A program made the translations under genes and the position numbers. A stretch of 64,000 nt of DNA from an uncultured delta proteobacterium (GTDB lineage Bacteria; Myxococcota_A; Polyangia; Fen-1088), in contig CAWCMR010000013.1 in NCBI GenBank assembly GCA_963796685.1, positions 320,001 through 384,000 of the forward strand, written 5' to 3'. The notes beneath the pieces are model-generated. The model made no database searches. It was not told the origin of the DNA and saw only the letters and a list, made by a program, of their open reading frames with translations. Shown piece after piece: positions 44,951-55,229 of this stretch (position 1 is its first letter; every line of letters starts with the position of its first letter).

Positions 44951-46738
44951 GTGAGTGAGCCTGTTCGCCCCCGTGACAAGGGGGATGTTCCCGATGAGCC
45001 TCTGTCCCGCTTGCGCCACTCGGCGTCACACGTCATGGCCGACGCCGTCCGCCGCCTTCGCCCAGGCGCCAAGGTAACCATCGGTCCCGCCATCGAAAAT
45101 GGCTTCTACTACGATTTCGACACCGAGCCGTTCGCGCCCGAGGACATCGAGCGCATCGAGGCCGAGATGGCCAAGATCGTCGCGCAGGATCTGCCCTTTG
45201 TGCGCAAGGTCATTTCACGCCAAGAGGCCCTGGCGATGTTCGAGAGCAAGGGCGAGACCTACAAGGTCGAGATCATCCGGGGAATCCCGGAGGGCGAGGA
45301 GATTTCTCTTTTCCAGCACGGCGATTTCGTCGACCTGTGCGCCGGGCCGCACGTGCAGCGCACGGGCGAGATCAAGGCCTTCAAGGTGCTTTCGTTTGCC
45401 GGCGCGTACTGGCGCGGCGACGAGCACAACCAGCAGCTTCAACGCGTCTACGGAACGGCCTTCCCTTCCAAGGAAGAGCTGGCCGCGCACCTTGCCCGCC
45501 TGGAAGAGGCCAAGCGTCGCGATCATCGCCTATTGGGCAAGCAGCTCGATCTGTTTTCCTTCGACGAGCTGGTCGGCCCGGGCTTCGTGCTCTGGCATCC
45601 GAGGGGCGCCATCCTGCGCCAGGTGCTCGAGGACATGATTCGCAAAGAGGTCGTCCGGCGCGGCTACCAGGCCGTCTACACCCCCCACGTGGCACGCGAG
45701 CAGCTGCTCGAAAAGTCGGGCCACATGGCGCACTACAAGGACAATCTCTTCGGAGGCATGGAGCTGGAAGGGCAACGCTACCTGGTCAAGCCCATGAACT
45801 GCCCCTTCCATGTGGCTATTTACCGCTCGCAGCTACGCTCCTATCGCGAGTTGCCCATTCGCTACGCCGAGCTTGGCACGGTCTATCGCTACGAGCGCTC
45901 GGGCGTGCTACACGGCCTTCTGCGCGTGCGTGGATTCACCCAGGACGATGCGCACTTGTTCATCACCGAGGATCAGATCGAGGCCGAGCTGGCCGCCTGC
46001 GTCGGTTTCGGCATGGATCTGCTCCATCTCTTCGGTTTCGAGGACGTGAAGTTTTTCATGTCCACGCGCCCCCAAGACTTCATGGGCGAAATCGAGGCGT
46101 GGAACAAGGCCGAGGCCGCGATTCGCCGCGTCCTGGAGGCCAGCGGCCACCCGTTCGAGGTCGACGAGGGCGGCGGCGCTTTCTATGGTCCCAAGATCGA
46201 CCTCAAGATTCGCGATGCTCTCGGCCGCGACTGGCAGTGTACGACCTTCCAGCTCGACTACCAGATGCCCGAGCGCTTCGCTCTGGAGTACGTGGCTTCG
46301 GATGGTTCGCGCAAGCGCCCCATCATGATCCATCGCGCCTTGCTGGGTTCCATCGAACGCTTCATCGCCGTGCTCATCGAACATTTCGCCGGCGCCTTCC
46401 CGATGTGGCTCGCGCCGGTGCAGGCGCGGGTGATCTCGGTCAGCGAGAAGGCAGAGGCCTATGCGCGCGAAGCCGAGGGCGTGTTGCTGGCTGCCGGCTT
46501 GCGCGTGGACGCCGACCTGTCGGCGGACAAGCTCAACGCCAAAATTCGCCGCGCGCAGCTGGAGAAGATTCCGTACATGTTGGTGGTGGGCGAACGCGAC
46601 ATGGCCGCGCGGGTGGTTTCGCCGCGTACGCGCGAAGGCAAGCAGTTGCCCGCGATGCCCCTCGATGACATGGCCAAGACCTTGGTTGCCGAAGCGGCGG
46701 TTCCGTCGCTGGGCAATGCGGGCGCCAAAGTAGCGTAG
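44951..46738 (+). CDS. thrS: Threonine--tRNA ligase (short form lacking the N-terminal TGS domain)
   Basis: RHSASHVMA, DLCAGPH, KPMNCPFH, RVRGFTQDDAH, FYGPKID, HRALLGSIERF. Confidence 0.97.
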   Translation: MSEPVRPRDKGDVPDEPLSRLRHSASHVMADAVRRLRPGAKVTIGPAIENGFYYDFDTEPFAPEDIERIEAEMAKIVAQDLPFVRKVISRQEALAMFESKGETYKVEIIRGIPEGEEISLFQHGDFVDLCAGPHVQRTGEIKAFKVLSFAGAYWRGDEHNQQLQRVYGTAFPSKEELAAHLARLEEAKRRDHRLLGKQLDLFSFDELVGPGFVLWHPRGAILRQVLEDMIRKEVVRRGYQAVYTPHVAREQLLEKSGHMAHYKDNLFGGMELEGQRYLVKPMNCPFHVAIYRSQLRSYRELPIRYAELGTVYRYERSGVLHGLLRVRGFTQDDAHLFITEDQIEAELAACVGFGMDLLHLFGFEDVKFFMSTRPQDFMGEIEAWNKAEAAIRRVLEASGHPFEVDEGGGAFYGPKIDLKIRDALGRDWQCTTFQLDYQMPERFALEYVASDGSRKRPIMIHRALLGSIERFIAVLIEHFAGAFPMWLAPVQARVISVSEKAEAYAREAEGVLLAAGLRVDADLSADKLNAKIRRAQLEKIPYMLVVGERDMAARVVSPRTREGKQLPAMPLDDMAKTLVAEAAVPSLGNAGAKVA

Positions 46739-46762
46739 ACGACAGCAGCAGGAGGAAAGACC

Positions 46763-47440
46763 ATCCCAAGACCAGGTGGATATCAAGGATCGCGCGGCCC
46801 GGCCAGCGCAGCAGACAACTACCGCGTAGGGCGGCGTATTCGCGTGCCTGAGGTGCGTGTCATTGGCAGCGACGGCAGCCAGGTCGGCATTTTGCAAACC
46901 CACGAAGCGTTGAGGATGGCGGAGGAGGCGGGCCTCGATCTCGTCGAGGTCAGTCCTCGCGCCGTGCCGCCGGTATGCCGAATCATGGACTTCGGGCGGT
47001 TCAAGTACCAAGAGTCCAAGAAGGAAAAGGCCTCACGCAAACACCAGTCGACGGTGGTCATCAAGGAAATCAAGTTTCGGCCCAAGACCGACACCCACGA
47101 CCTTGATTTCAAGCTCAAGCACATCCGCCGCTTCCTCGGCGAAGGCAACAAGGTTCGCCTGATGATCGTGTTTCGCGGGCGCGAGATCGTTCACCCGGAA
47201 ACCGGCCACGCCATGCTGGACGTGGTGTCCAAGGAAGTCGCCGAGGTCTCCGTCATCGAGCAAAAGCCGTCGATGGAAGGACGGCGCATGGTCATGGTGC
47301 TCGGGCCGCGCTCCGGCGTCATTCGGCCGGCGGTTGTGCCGCAGGCGATCACCCCCGGCACTCCGGGTTTGCGCTCCGCGCCAGCGGCCGATGAGCCCGT
47401 AGTGTCCAACGCGACGGATGTCGCCGCTCCGAAAGCGTGA
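46763..47440 (+). CDS. infC: Translation initiation factor IF-3 with ATC start and C-terminal extension
   Basis: AGGAGG at 46750-46755, 7 nt, then in-frame ATC; RIRVPEVRVI, LDLVEV, PPVCRIMDFGRFKY, KEIKFRP, FRGRE. Confidence 0.93.
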   Translation: MPRPGGYQGSRGPASAADNYRVGRRIRVPEVRVIGSDGSQVGILQTHEALRMAEEAGLDLVEVSPRAVPPVCRIMDFGRFKYQESKKEKASRKHQSTVVIKEIKFRPKTDTHDLDFKLKHIRRFLGEGNKVRLMIVFRGREIVHPETGHAMLDVVSKEVAEVSVIEQKPSMEGRRMVMVLGPRSGVIRPAVVPQAITPGTPGLRSAPAADEPVVSNATDVAAPKA

Positions 47441-47494
47441 GCTTGCTGTAATTGCTTGCGTGGCCGTTCGCCCTGTATATACTGCGCGCCTCTC

Positions 47495-47701
47495 ATGCCC
47501 AAGCTGAAGATGAAGACGAAGAGCGCGGTCAAGAAGCGCTTCAAGCTGACCGCAAATGGTCGTATAAAGCGTAAGCACGCTTACCAGAGGCACATCCTCA
47601 CCAACAAGAAGCCAGGCAACAAGCGCAAGCTGCGCAAAGGCGCCTACATCGCCAAGAGTCAAGAGCACCAGATCAAGGCGATGATTCCCTACGGACTATA
47701 G
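47495..47701 (+). CDS. rpmI: 50S ribosomal protein L35
   Basis: MPKLKMKTKSAVKKRFKLTANG...HILT. Confidence 0.96.
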   Translation: MPKLKMKTKSAVKKRFKLTANGRIKRKHAYQRHILTNKKPGNKRKLRKGAYIAKSQEHQIKAMIPYGL

Positions 47702-47702
47702 A

Positions 47703-47779
47703 GATGGGAACCCTGGGAGGGTTCCCACCCTCCCACGATGGTTTGCCCTCGGTACAGCCGAAGGGTTCCCGACGCGAAA
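47703..47779 (+). repeat. ~78-bp two-hairpin intergenic repeat, copy 1
   Basis: GATGGGAACCCTGGGAGGGTTCCCA-CCCTCCCACGATGGTTTGC-[hairpin]-TCCCGACGCGAAA; inverted copy at 52521-52598. Confidence 0.85.
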
Positions 47780-47797
47780 GAAGTTTAGGAGTTACAC

Positions 47798-48148
47798 ATG
47801 CCCCGCGCTAAAGGTGGATACAAGACAAAGCATCGACGCGACCGCATTCGCAAGGCAGCCAAGGGCTTCCGCGGCGGGCGCTCAAAACTCTGGAAGGCGG
47901 CCGTAGAAGCCGTCCACCACGCGTGGCGCTTCTCCTACTTCCACCGCCGCAAGCGGAAGGGCGATTTCCGCGGTCTGTGGATCGTGCGCATCAACGCCGC
48001 CTCCCGCGAGATCGGCGTTTCCTACTCCAAGCTCATCGCCGGCATGGCCAAGGCGAACATCGCCATCGATCGCAAGATCCTGGCCGATCTGGCCATCAGC
48101 GATCCGAACGCCTTCAAGAAGATCGTCGAAGCCGCGCAGGCGGCCTAA
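47798..48148 (+). CDS. rplT: 50S ribosomal protein L20
   Basis: MPRAK...AKGFRGGRS...RKGDFRGLWIVRINAA...DRKILADLA. Confidence 0.98.
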   Translation: MPRAKGGYKTKHRRDRIRKAAKGFRGGRSKLWKAAVEAVHHAWRFSYFHRRKRKGDFRGLWIVRINAASREIGVSYSKLIAGMAKANIAIDRKILADLAISDPNAFKKIVEAAQAA

Positions 48149-48166
48149 CCTCTCGCCTGAGCCGCG

Positions 48167-49237
48167 ATGGCCAGCGAAGGAGCAGGAACGGGCCAGGATC
48201 TCGTCCGTTCGTTCGAGAGCCTGAGCGCCGAGCTCGCCGCCGAGATAGCGGCCGTTGCCACCGAGCCGGAGATTCGCCTGGCGCAGGCGCGCTACCTCGG
48301 CAAGAAGGGCAGGGCAACCGAGCTCATGAAGTTGCTCGGCCGCATTCCGCCCGCGGATCGCCCGATGGTGGGCGCGGCAGCCAATCGCGCGCGCGAGGCT
48401 ATCGAGAAGCTGGTGGATGCCAGGCTTGCGAGCTTGGCCGAGGCGTCGCTGGCGTCCGAGCTGTCGCGCAGTGTGGACGTGACCTTGCCCGGTCGCGGCC
48501 ATCGCGCGGGGACCCTGCACCCGCTCACCCGCGTGCGCATGGAGATCGAGCACATCTTCCATGGCATGGGATTCGAGGTGCGCACGGGACCGCTCATCGA
48601 AACCGAGTGGAACAACTTCGACGCGCTGAACACCCCGACCGATCACCCCGCGCGCGATATGCAGGACACCTTCTTCGTCGAGGACGGTCGCATCCTGCGC
48701 TCGCACACCTCTCCGGTGCAGGTGCGGACCATGCTGGCGGGCCCGCCACCCGTGAAAATCATCGCGCCCGGCAACGTCTTTCGTCGCGACGACGATGCCA
48801 CCCACACCCCCATGTTTCCCCAGTGCGAGGGCCTGCACGTCGACACGGACGTCAGCTTCGAGGATCTGAAGGCCACGCTCATCGTGTTCGTGCAGCGCTT
48901 CTTCGGGCCCGAGACCGACATTCGCCTACGCCCCAGCTTCTTCCCCTTCACTGAACCGTCGGCCGAGGTCGATGCCTCATGCTTCTTGTGCCAGGGCAGG
49001 GCGCCGGCGCGTTCGACTTGCCGCCTGTGCAAGGGAACCGGATGGCTCGAAATCGGAGGCTCGGGCATGGTTCACCCCAACGTCTTTCGGGCCGTGGGCT
49101 ACGACAAGTACGACGTGACGGGATTCGCCTTTGGCATGGGCCTGTCGCGGATGGCGATGCTCAAATACGGGGTCACGGATCTGCGCCTATTCTATGAGAA
49201 TGATCTTCGTTTTCTTCAGCAATTTCCAGCAGGATAG
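48167..49237 (+). CDS. pheS: Phenylalanine--tRNA ligase alpha subunit
   Basis: NFDALN, HPARDMQDTF, HTSPVQ, FPFTEPSAE, GFAFGMG. Confidence 0.98.
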   Translation: MASEGAGTGQDLVRSFESLSAELAAEIAAVATEPEIRLAQARYLGKKGRATELMKLLGRIPPADRPMVGAAANRAREAIEKLVDARLASLAEASLASELSRSVDVTLPGRGHRAGTLHPLTRVRMEIEHIFHGMGFEVRTGPLIETEWNNFDALNTPTDHPARDMQDTFFVEDGRILRSHTSPVQVRTMLAGPPPVKIIAPGNVFRRDDDATHTPMFPQCEGLHVDTDVSFEDLKATLIVFVQRFFGPETDIRLRPSFFPFTEPSAEVDASCFLCQGRAPARSTCRLCKGTGWLEIGGSGMVHPNVFRAVGYDKYDVTGFAFGMGLSRMAMLKYGVTDLRLFYENDLRFLQQFPAG

Positions 49238-49246
49238 GCACAGCTC

Positions 49247-51652
49247 ATGAAGATCTCCTTGAACTGGCTGCGAGAGCTCGTCGAGCTTCCCCCCGGCGTC
49301 GACGCCGAGCGGGTCGCCGACGCGCTGACCGGCCAAGGGCTGGAGGTGGAAGGCATCGAGCCCAAGGGCCGCGAGCTGTCGGGCGTGCTGGTGGCCGAGG
49401 TGCTGGACCTTCGCCCCCACCCCAAGGCCGACAAGCTGCGCATCGTCCGCGTGCGCGCGGGAGGCCGAGAGGAAGACATCGTCTGTGGCGCCCCCAACGT
49501 GCCGCCCCCCGGGAATCGGGTGTGCTGGGCGACGTCCGGCGCGCGCCTGCCCGGAGGAAAGACGCTGGAGGCGCGCGAGGTGCGCGGGGTGATGTCGCCG
49601 GGCATGCTGTGCAGCGAGCCCGAGATGGGCCTCGGCGAGCAAGGTGACGGAATCTTGATTCTGTCACCTTCGGCCAGACCGGGCGACGACCTGGCCACTT
49701 CCATCGGTGCCGTCGACGACATCCTGGAAGTGAACGTCACACCGAATCGCGGCGATGCGCTTTCGCACCTGGGCGTTGCGCGCGAGTTGGCCGCCCACTT
49801 CGGCACGCACGTTCGCCTGCCCGAGATCGGCCAGGTTCCGGAATCGGAGAGCGGCCCAACCATGGCTGTCGAGATCGCGGATGCCCAAGGTTGCCCACGG
49901 TACATGGCGCGATTCCTCGCCGGTCTGACCGTGGCGCCGAGCACTATCCCGGTGCGCCTGCGCCTCGCCTACTGCGGGATGCGGCCGATCTCGAACCTGG
50001 TCGATGTGACGAACTACGTGCTGCTGGAAACCGGACACCCCTTACACGCCTTCGATTTCGACAAGCTGCAAGGCCCCATCGTCGTGCGCCGCGCGGGCCA
50101 GGGCGAGGGCATGGAGACGCTCGACGGACAAAAGCGCGACCTCTTGACCGAAGATCTGTTGATCACCGACGCGCGTGGACCGGTGGCCATCGCGGGTGTC
50201 ATGGGGGGCGCGATCAGCGAGGTCTCTCCCTCCACATGCCGGGTCCTGCTCGAGGCCGCCATCTTCGATCCGCGCAGCATTCGCCGCACGGCCAAGCGCC
50301 TGGGCATCCCTTCGGAAGCTTCGTACCGCTTCGAACGCGGAGTGGACGCGAACGGCATCCCCTTCGCTTCGCTGCGGGCAGTCGCGCTGATGGCCAAGCT
50401 CGGCGGCGGCAGCGTGGTGCGCGCGATGGTCGACCAGTTTTCCCGGCCACCGGCTATCAAGAAGGTCGTGCTGCCCCTGGCGCGGCTCCGGCGCGTGAGC
50501 GGAAACGACTACCCCATCGCCTTCGCGGCCGAGCAGCTTACTCGCCTGGGCATGGTCTGCGAGACGTCGGCGGACAGGGTTTCGGTGACCGTGCCGTCCT
50601 ACCGACCCGACCTCGCCATCGCCGAGGATTTGATCGAGGAAATCCTGCGCATGGGCGAGCTCGGCAAGCCCGCGCACAAGGAGCGCGTGGCCACGAACGC
50701 CACCGAGCTGGCGAATCCGGAAGGTCCGGCCGATCGCGCTCGCCTGCTTCTGGCCGGGGCTGGGTTGTCGGAGATCGTCACCTGGGCCTTCGTGCCCAAG
50801 GCCGCGATCGCCGCCATCTCCGGCGACGGCAAGGATGCACAGCTCGGACACGGCATCGTCCTGCGCAACCCGATCTCGGCCGATTACGAGGTCATGCGCA
50901 CGTCGCTGCTTCCGGGCTTGGCCGATGCGCTCAAACGCAACCTTTCCCGTGGCCTCGCGGGGGCGTGGCTTTACGAAGTCGGTTCCATCGTGCGGCGGAC
51001 CTCCGACGACGATGCCACGCCGGTGGAAACCACGCACGCCGCCGGGCTCGTCGCGGGAAACCGGCCGGGGTGGCTCAAACCGGGCGAGCCGCTCGACTTC
51101 TACGATCTCAAGCACGTGGTCGAGAGGCTCCTGCGCGGCTTCGGTCTGCTCGAGGTCGATTTCGAGCCGCCGGCGCCGTTGCCGTTCGTTCATCCGGGCG
51201 TCTCGGCCCGGATTCGCACCCGGGAAGGCGCGCACCTTGGTGCCCTGGGCGAGCTGCATCCGGCGGTGGCGCGCAAGCTCGGCATCGAGGCCTCGGCTTT
51301 CTACTTCGAGATCGAGGTGGCGGCGCTCGCCTCCGCATCGCGTCCGCTGCGCACCTCGGCCCCGCCGCGCTTCCCGGCGGTCTCGCGTGACGTGTCGTTT
51401 TGGATCGATCTGGCGACGCCCGCGGCGGCTCTCCGCGCGGCCTTCCTGTCGGCGAAGGAGCCGCTGCTTTGCGATCTCGCCGTGCTCGAGGACTTCCGCG
51501 ATCCCAGGTACGCCCCGCCGGGCAAGAAGGGCGTGCTGTGGTCCATGACCTACCGGGCCGCCGACCGAACCTTGACCGATGCCGAGGCCGACGAAGCGCA
51601 CCAGCGGGTTGTCAAGACCCTTGCGTCGGCCTTCGCCATTCAGATCCGGTAG
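49247..51652 (+). CDS. pheT: Phenylalanine--tRNA ligase beta subunit
   Basis: HPKADKL, VCGAPN, TPNRGD, RFERGVD, MRTSLLPGL, DRTLTD. Confidence 0.97.
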   Translation: MKISLNWLRELVELPPGVDAERVADALTGQGLEVEGIEPKGRELSGVLVAEVLDLRPHPKADKLRIVRVRAGGREEDIVCGAPNVPPPGNRVCWATSGARLPGGKTLEAREVRGVMSPGMLCSEPEMGLGEQGDGILILSPSARPGDDLATSIGAVDDILEVNVTPNRGDALSHLGVARELAAHFGTHVRLPEIGQVPESESGPTMAVEIADAQGCPRYMARFLAGLTVAPSTIPVRLRLAYCGMRPISNLVDVTNYVLLETGHPLHAFDFDKLQGPIVVRRAGQGEGMETLDGQKRDLLTEDLLITDARGPVAIAGVMGGAISEVSPSTCRVLLEAAIFDPRSIRRTAKRLGIPSEASYRFERGVDANGIPFASLRAVALMAKLGGGSVVRAMVDQFSRPPAIKKVVLPLARLRRVSGNDYPIAFAAEQLTRLGMVCETSADRVSVTVPSYRPDLAIAEDLIEEILRMGELGKPAHKERVATNATELANPEGPADRARLLLAGAGLSEIVTWAFVPKAAIAAISGDGKDAQLGHGIVLRNPISADYEVMRTSLLPGLADALKRNLSRGLAGAWLYEVGSIVRRTSDDDATPVETTHAAGLVAGNRPGWLKPGEPLDFYDLKHVVERLLRGFGLLEVDFEPPAPLPFVHPGVSARIRTREGAHLGALGELHPAVARKLGIEASAFYFEIEVAALASASRPLRTSAPPRFPAVSRDVSFWIDLATPAAALRAAFLSAKEPLLCDLAVLEDFRDPRYAPPGKKGVLWSMTYRAADRTLTDAEADEAHQRVVKTLASAFAIQIR

Positions 51653-51700
51653 CACCGTTCAAGCCTTTGACAAGACTCGTGTTTGTGGGAACATAGCGCC

Positions 51701-51988
51701 ATGACCAAGGCCGACATCGTCGAGACTGTCTACGAGAAGGTGGGTGGTTTTTCCAAGAAAGAGGCGGCCGAGATCGTCGAGACTGTCTTCGACACGATAA
51801 AGCTCACCCTCGAACGCGGTGAGAAGATCAAGATTTCCGGTTTCGGCAACTTCGTAGTGCGGGACAAGAATTCTCGCACCGGGCGCAATCCGCAGACGGG
51901 CCAGGAAATCACCATCACGGCACGCCGAGTGCTGACCTTCAAGCCCAGCCAGGTCTTGAAGAACTCTCTCAACGGCGAAGCCGTCTAG
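51701..51988 (+). CDS. ihfA: Integration host factor alpha
   Basis: MTKADIV...KISGFGNF...GRNPQTG...[11 protein letters not shown]; follows pheT. Confidence 0.95.
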   Translation: MTKADIVETVYEKVGGFSKKEAAEIVETVFDTIKLTLERGEKIKISGFGNFVVRDKNSRTGRNPQTGQEITITARRVLTFKPSQVLKNSLNGEAV

Positions 51989-52021
51989 CCGCGGCCCCCC
52001 CGAGCGAACGCGAGGACGCTG

Positions 52022-52405
52022 TTGCCCAGACGCAAGGTCGCGCCAGTCGATCCGAACGTGATACCGGACAAGCCCTTCTTCAAGATCGGCGAGGCAGCGC
52101 GGCTGTGTGCGCTCAAGCCCTATGTCTTGCGCTACTGGGAGACCGAGTTTCATTCCATCAAGCCGCAGAAGACCCGTTCCGGTCAGCGGCTTTACCGCCG
52201 GCAGGACGTGGAGTTGCTCCTGCGCATCCGCAACCTACTCTACGACCAGCGCTTCACTATCGAAGGCGCAAGGACCCGGCTGCGCGAGCTCGGCCATGAG
52301 GAGCCCGCGCCGCCTACGCTGCCGCCCCCGGATGTGGACGTCGAAACCATGCGCAAGATCAAGCTGGCGGTCGTCGAGCTAATTGGGCTTGTGGAAGAGC
52401 CCTAG
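52022..52405 (+). CDS. MerR-family HTH regulator (conserved ihfA neighbour)
   Basis: [11 protein letters not shown]...VLRYWETEF...FTIEGAR. Confidence 0.92.
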   Translation: MPRRKVAPVDPNVIPDKPFFKIGEAARLCALKPYVLRYWETEFHSIKPQKTRSGQRLYRRQDVELLLRIRNLLYDQRFTIEGARTRLRELGHEEPAPPTLPPPDVDVETMRKIKLAVVELIGLVEEP

Positions 52406-52439
52406 GTCCACTACATTTCGCATCCTCTTTCAAACATAG

Positions 52440-52516
<77 letters not shown>

Positions 52517-52520
52517 AATG

Positions 52521-52598
52521 TTTTGCGTGGGGAGCGCCGAGCTAAGCTCGGCGCGAACCATCGCGGGAGGGTATGGGAACCCTCCCAGGGTTCCCATC
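52521..52598 (-). repeat. ~78-bp two-hairpin intergenic repeat, copy 2
   Basis: Reverse complement reads GATGGGAACCCTGGGAGGGTTCCCATACCCTCCCGCGATGGTTC-GCGCCGAGCTTAGCTCGGCGC-TCCCCACGCAAAA. Confidence 0.85.
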
Positions 52599-52611
52599 GC
52601 AATTGACCTTG

Positions 52612-53382
52612 GTGAAGCCGCTCATTCTTCTCAGCAACGACGACGGCGTCCGCGCGCCTGGCATCCAGGCGCTGGCGGGCGCGCTGGCGGACGTCGGCGA
52701 GGTCATCCTGGCGGCCCCGGACCGCGAGCGCAGCGCCGCCGCGCATTCCATCAGCCTCGATCACCCGCTGCGCGTCGAGCGCGTGGAGCCGAACGTCTAC
52801 GCCATCGATGGGACGCCGGTGGACTGTGTATACCTGGCGCTTCATCATTTGGTTCCGCGCAAACCGGATCTCTGCCTGTCCGGCATCAACAACGGCTTCA
52901 ACCTCGGCTCGGACGTTTTCTACTCCGGCACGGTTGGCGCCGCGCTGGAAGGCGCCCTACGTGGCGTGCCGGCCATCGCGCTTTCCTTGCAGCGTCAGAA
53001 ACCGCAGGACTTCACCCATGCCGCCGCGTTCTCGCGTGACCTGGTCCGCGACATCCTCGCACGCGGCCCGGTCGCCATCGAGCCCGGAACCCTGCTCAAC
53101 GTGAACCTGCCTTCGGGGCCCGTGCGTGGGCTGCGGCCGACCAGCCTTGGCCGCCGCATTTATCGCGACCAGGTTTCGGTTCGCCTGGATCTGCGCGGGC
53201 GAAACTACTACTGGATCGGCGGACCCGAGGAAGAGGGCGAGGACGTCCCCGGCTCGGACTGCACCGCGGTCCGTGAAGGCCTGGTTTCGGTGACCGCCAT
53301 AGGGCTCGACCTCACGCATAAGACCATGCTCGACCGGCTGACCTCCTGGTGGCCTGGCGAGCGCTTGGGCAACAGCCAGTAG
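52612..53382 (+). CDS. surE: 5'/3'-nucleotidase SurE
   Basis: ILLSNDDG, GTPVDCV, SGINNGFNLG, YSGTVGAALEG. Confidence 0.96.
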   Translation: MKPLILLSNDDGVRAPGIQALAGALADVGEVILAAPDRERSAAAHSISLDHPLRVERVEPNVYAIDGTPVDCVYLALHHLVPRKPDLCLSGINNGFNLGSDVFYSGTVGAALEGALRGVPAIALSLQRQKPQDFTHAAAFSRDLVRDILARGPVAIEPGTLLNVNLPSGPVRGLRPTSLGRRIYRDQVSVRLDLRGRNYYWIGGPEEEGEDVPGSDCTAVREGLVSVTAIGLDLTHKTMLDRLTSWWPGERLGNSQ

Positions 53383-53418
53383 ACTGTCGCTCCAGGAGGT
53401 TGTAGGGGTTAGGGAGGC

Positions 53419-54150
53419 ATGGTCTCCGGGCAAAAGCGTGTCTGCCACTCGTCCTGCTTTCTGGCGTATGTCCTGGCTGCGTTTGGCTGTGCTGCCACCG
53501 GTGGGGCCGGGCGCCCCATGCACCCGGACCATGTGCCGGGCACGTGGCACGTGGTGGCACCGGGAGAAACCGCGTGGTCGATCGCGCATCAAGCTGGGAT
53601 TCCGCTCGAGGATCTGTTGGAGATCAACGGGCTCAAAAGGAGCGAGACGCTGGAGCCGGGGCGGACGCTGTTCATCCTGGGCAAGCCCGAGGCGCCAGCC
53701 AGCGCCTCCGCGGCGGCCTCGGCACCGGCCGTGTCCGCCGCCCCGCCGCCGGCTGCCGGCAAGTCGAACGCCCCCCTGCGCTGGCCGGTGAAGGCGCCCC
53801 GCCTGACCTCGCCTTTCGGCACGCGCTGGGGCAGAAACCATGAAGGCATCGACATGGCCGCGCCCATCGGCACGCCGGTGTACGCTGCTGCGGCTGGAGA
53901 CGTGATCTACGCCGGGGATCAGGTGCGCGGCTATGGCAACATGGTGGTGGTCAAGCACGATGGCGACTTGGTGACCGTGTATGCGCACAACTCGCTCTTG
54001 CTGGTGCACACCGGGGATCGCGTGACGGTCGGACAGGAGATCGCTCGGGTAGGGGACACGGGCCGGGCCACCGCGCCGCACCTGCACTTCGAGGTCCGCC
54101 GCGGCGAGGTTCCGCAAGACCCCATGCCGTTTTTGCCTCCTTTGAAGTAG
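53419..54150 (+). CDS. LysM + M23 peptidase lipoprotein (NlpD-like)
   Basis: AFGC lipobox; HVVAPGETAWSIA LysM; HEGID, YAH, HLHFEVR. Confidence 0.92.
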   Translation: MVSGQKRVCHSSCFLAYVLAAFGCAATGGAGRPMHPDHVPGTWHVVAPGETAWSIAHQAGIPLEDLLEINGLKRSETLEPGRTLFILGKPEAPASASAAASAPAVSAAPPPAAGKSNAPLRWPVKAPRLTSPFGTRWGRNHEGIDMAAPIGTPVYAAAAGDVIYAGDQVRGYGNMVVVKHDGDLVTVYAHNSLLLVHTGDRVTVGQEIARVGDTGRATAPHLHFEVRRGEVPQDPMPFLPPLK

Positions 54151-54159
54151 AACCCGGAC

Positions 54160-54699
54160 ATGTTTGCAAGCGATGTCTCCAAGGTCGATATTCGTTCCCT
54201 GATTCGCGACATTCCCGACTTTCCCAAGCCGGGCATCCTGTTTCGCGACGTGACTCCTCTACTCGGCAACGGGCCGGCCTTTCGTGCCTGCATCACGCAG
54301 CTGTGCGAGCGCCTGGCGCCGTACAAACCGCAGTCCATCGCGGGAATCGAGTCGCGCGGGTTCATCTTCGGCGCCAGCACGGCGGCGGAGCTGGGCATCG
54401 GTTTCGTGCCCATTCGCAAGCCGGGCAAGCTGCCGTGGAAGACGCGCAAGGAGCAGTACGCTCTCGAATACGGAACCGATGCCATCGAGGTGCACGAGGA
54501 CGCGGTGGCGCCCGGCACGCGCGTAGCCCTGCTCGACGATCTCTTGGCCACCGGGGGCACCGCGGGGGCCGCCATCAAGCTGCTGCAAGGACTTGGCGGA
54601 AAGGTGGTCGTCGCCGAGTTCGTCATCGAGCTGGCGTTTCTCAAGGGACGGGCAGGGCTGGGCGGCGTGCCAGCCGAGGTGCTGATCACGTACGCGTAG
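54160..54699 (+). CDS. apt: Adenine phosphoribosyltransferase
   Basis: IPDFPKPGILFRDVT, ESRGF, RKPGKLP, LEYG, DDLLATGGT. Confidence 0.97.
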   Translation: MFASDVSKVDIRSLIRDIPDFPKPGILFRDVTPLLGNGPAFRACITQLCERLAPYKPQSIAGIESRGFIFGASTAAELGIGFVPIRKPGKLPWKTRKEQYALEYGTDAIEVHEDAVAPGTRVALLDDLLATGGTAGAAIKLLQGLGGKVVVAEFVIELAFLKGRAGLGGVPAEVLITYA

Positions 54700-54702
54700 G
54701 AC

Positions 54703-55229
54703 TTGAGCAAAGAAGTCAGCAAGGTCGAAGGGCGAAGGCCTTTGCGTTGATACCTTATCGCGCGCGCCGTCCAGACGGGCGAGAGGTCGGGATGGGCTCG
54801 GCGAGTCTGGTCTGAGAGCGTGATTTCCACGAGGTCGTCGTGACGCCCCGGCCGGCGCAGGACGCGCAACTTGGTAGTCGATTTTGCGCGGGTGAGCCAA
54901 TGTCGGTGGCGTCCGCTGCGTTCGAGCCGGGTCAGAGCGTAAGGTCGTCCCGTCGATACCGTGTAGGGACAGGCCACGCCAGGCATGACGGTCGGCACTC
55001 TCTGTGGCCCAACGATCGGCCGTCACGGCGAACAGGTAGGCCAAAGGGTCCTTGCCCAGCCGGGTCCTAGCCTGAGCAAGACTGCTCTTGGCGATGGGCT
55101 GACCGTCGGAAGATGGCAGAGCCAGGTCCAACATCTTGGCGACCCGATCGATGGACTCACGTCGCAGAAGCGCCATGCCCAAGGCCAGCCAAATCGCCTG
55201 CTCTGCGGGTAGCCTGCGACGGCGCAGGC
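54703..55229 (-). pseudogene. IS4-family transposase remnant (truncated, internally deleted)
   Basis: RRRRLPAEQAIWLALGMALLR...SSLAQARTRLG...WRGLSLHGIDGTTLR, joined out of frame to RHWLTRAK...LVEITLSDQTRRAHPDL...LLTSLL. Confidence 0.85.

Noticed and set aside
44951-45020. ThrRS lacking the TGS domain
   Set aside because: Short ThrRS forms are known in many lineages; noted in the feature only.
47703-47779. Two-hairpin element as an L20 leader or CRISPR repeat
   Set aside because: A second copy occurs in reverse orientation at an unrelated locus; there is no repeat-spacer array and no cas gene in the window.
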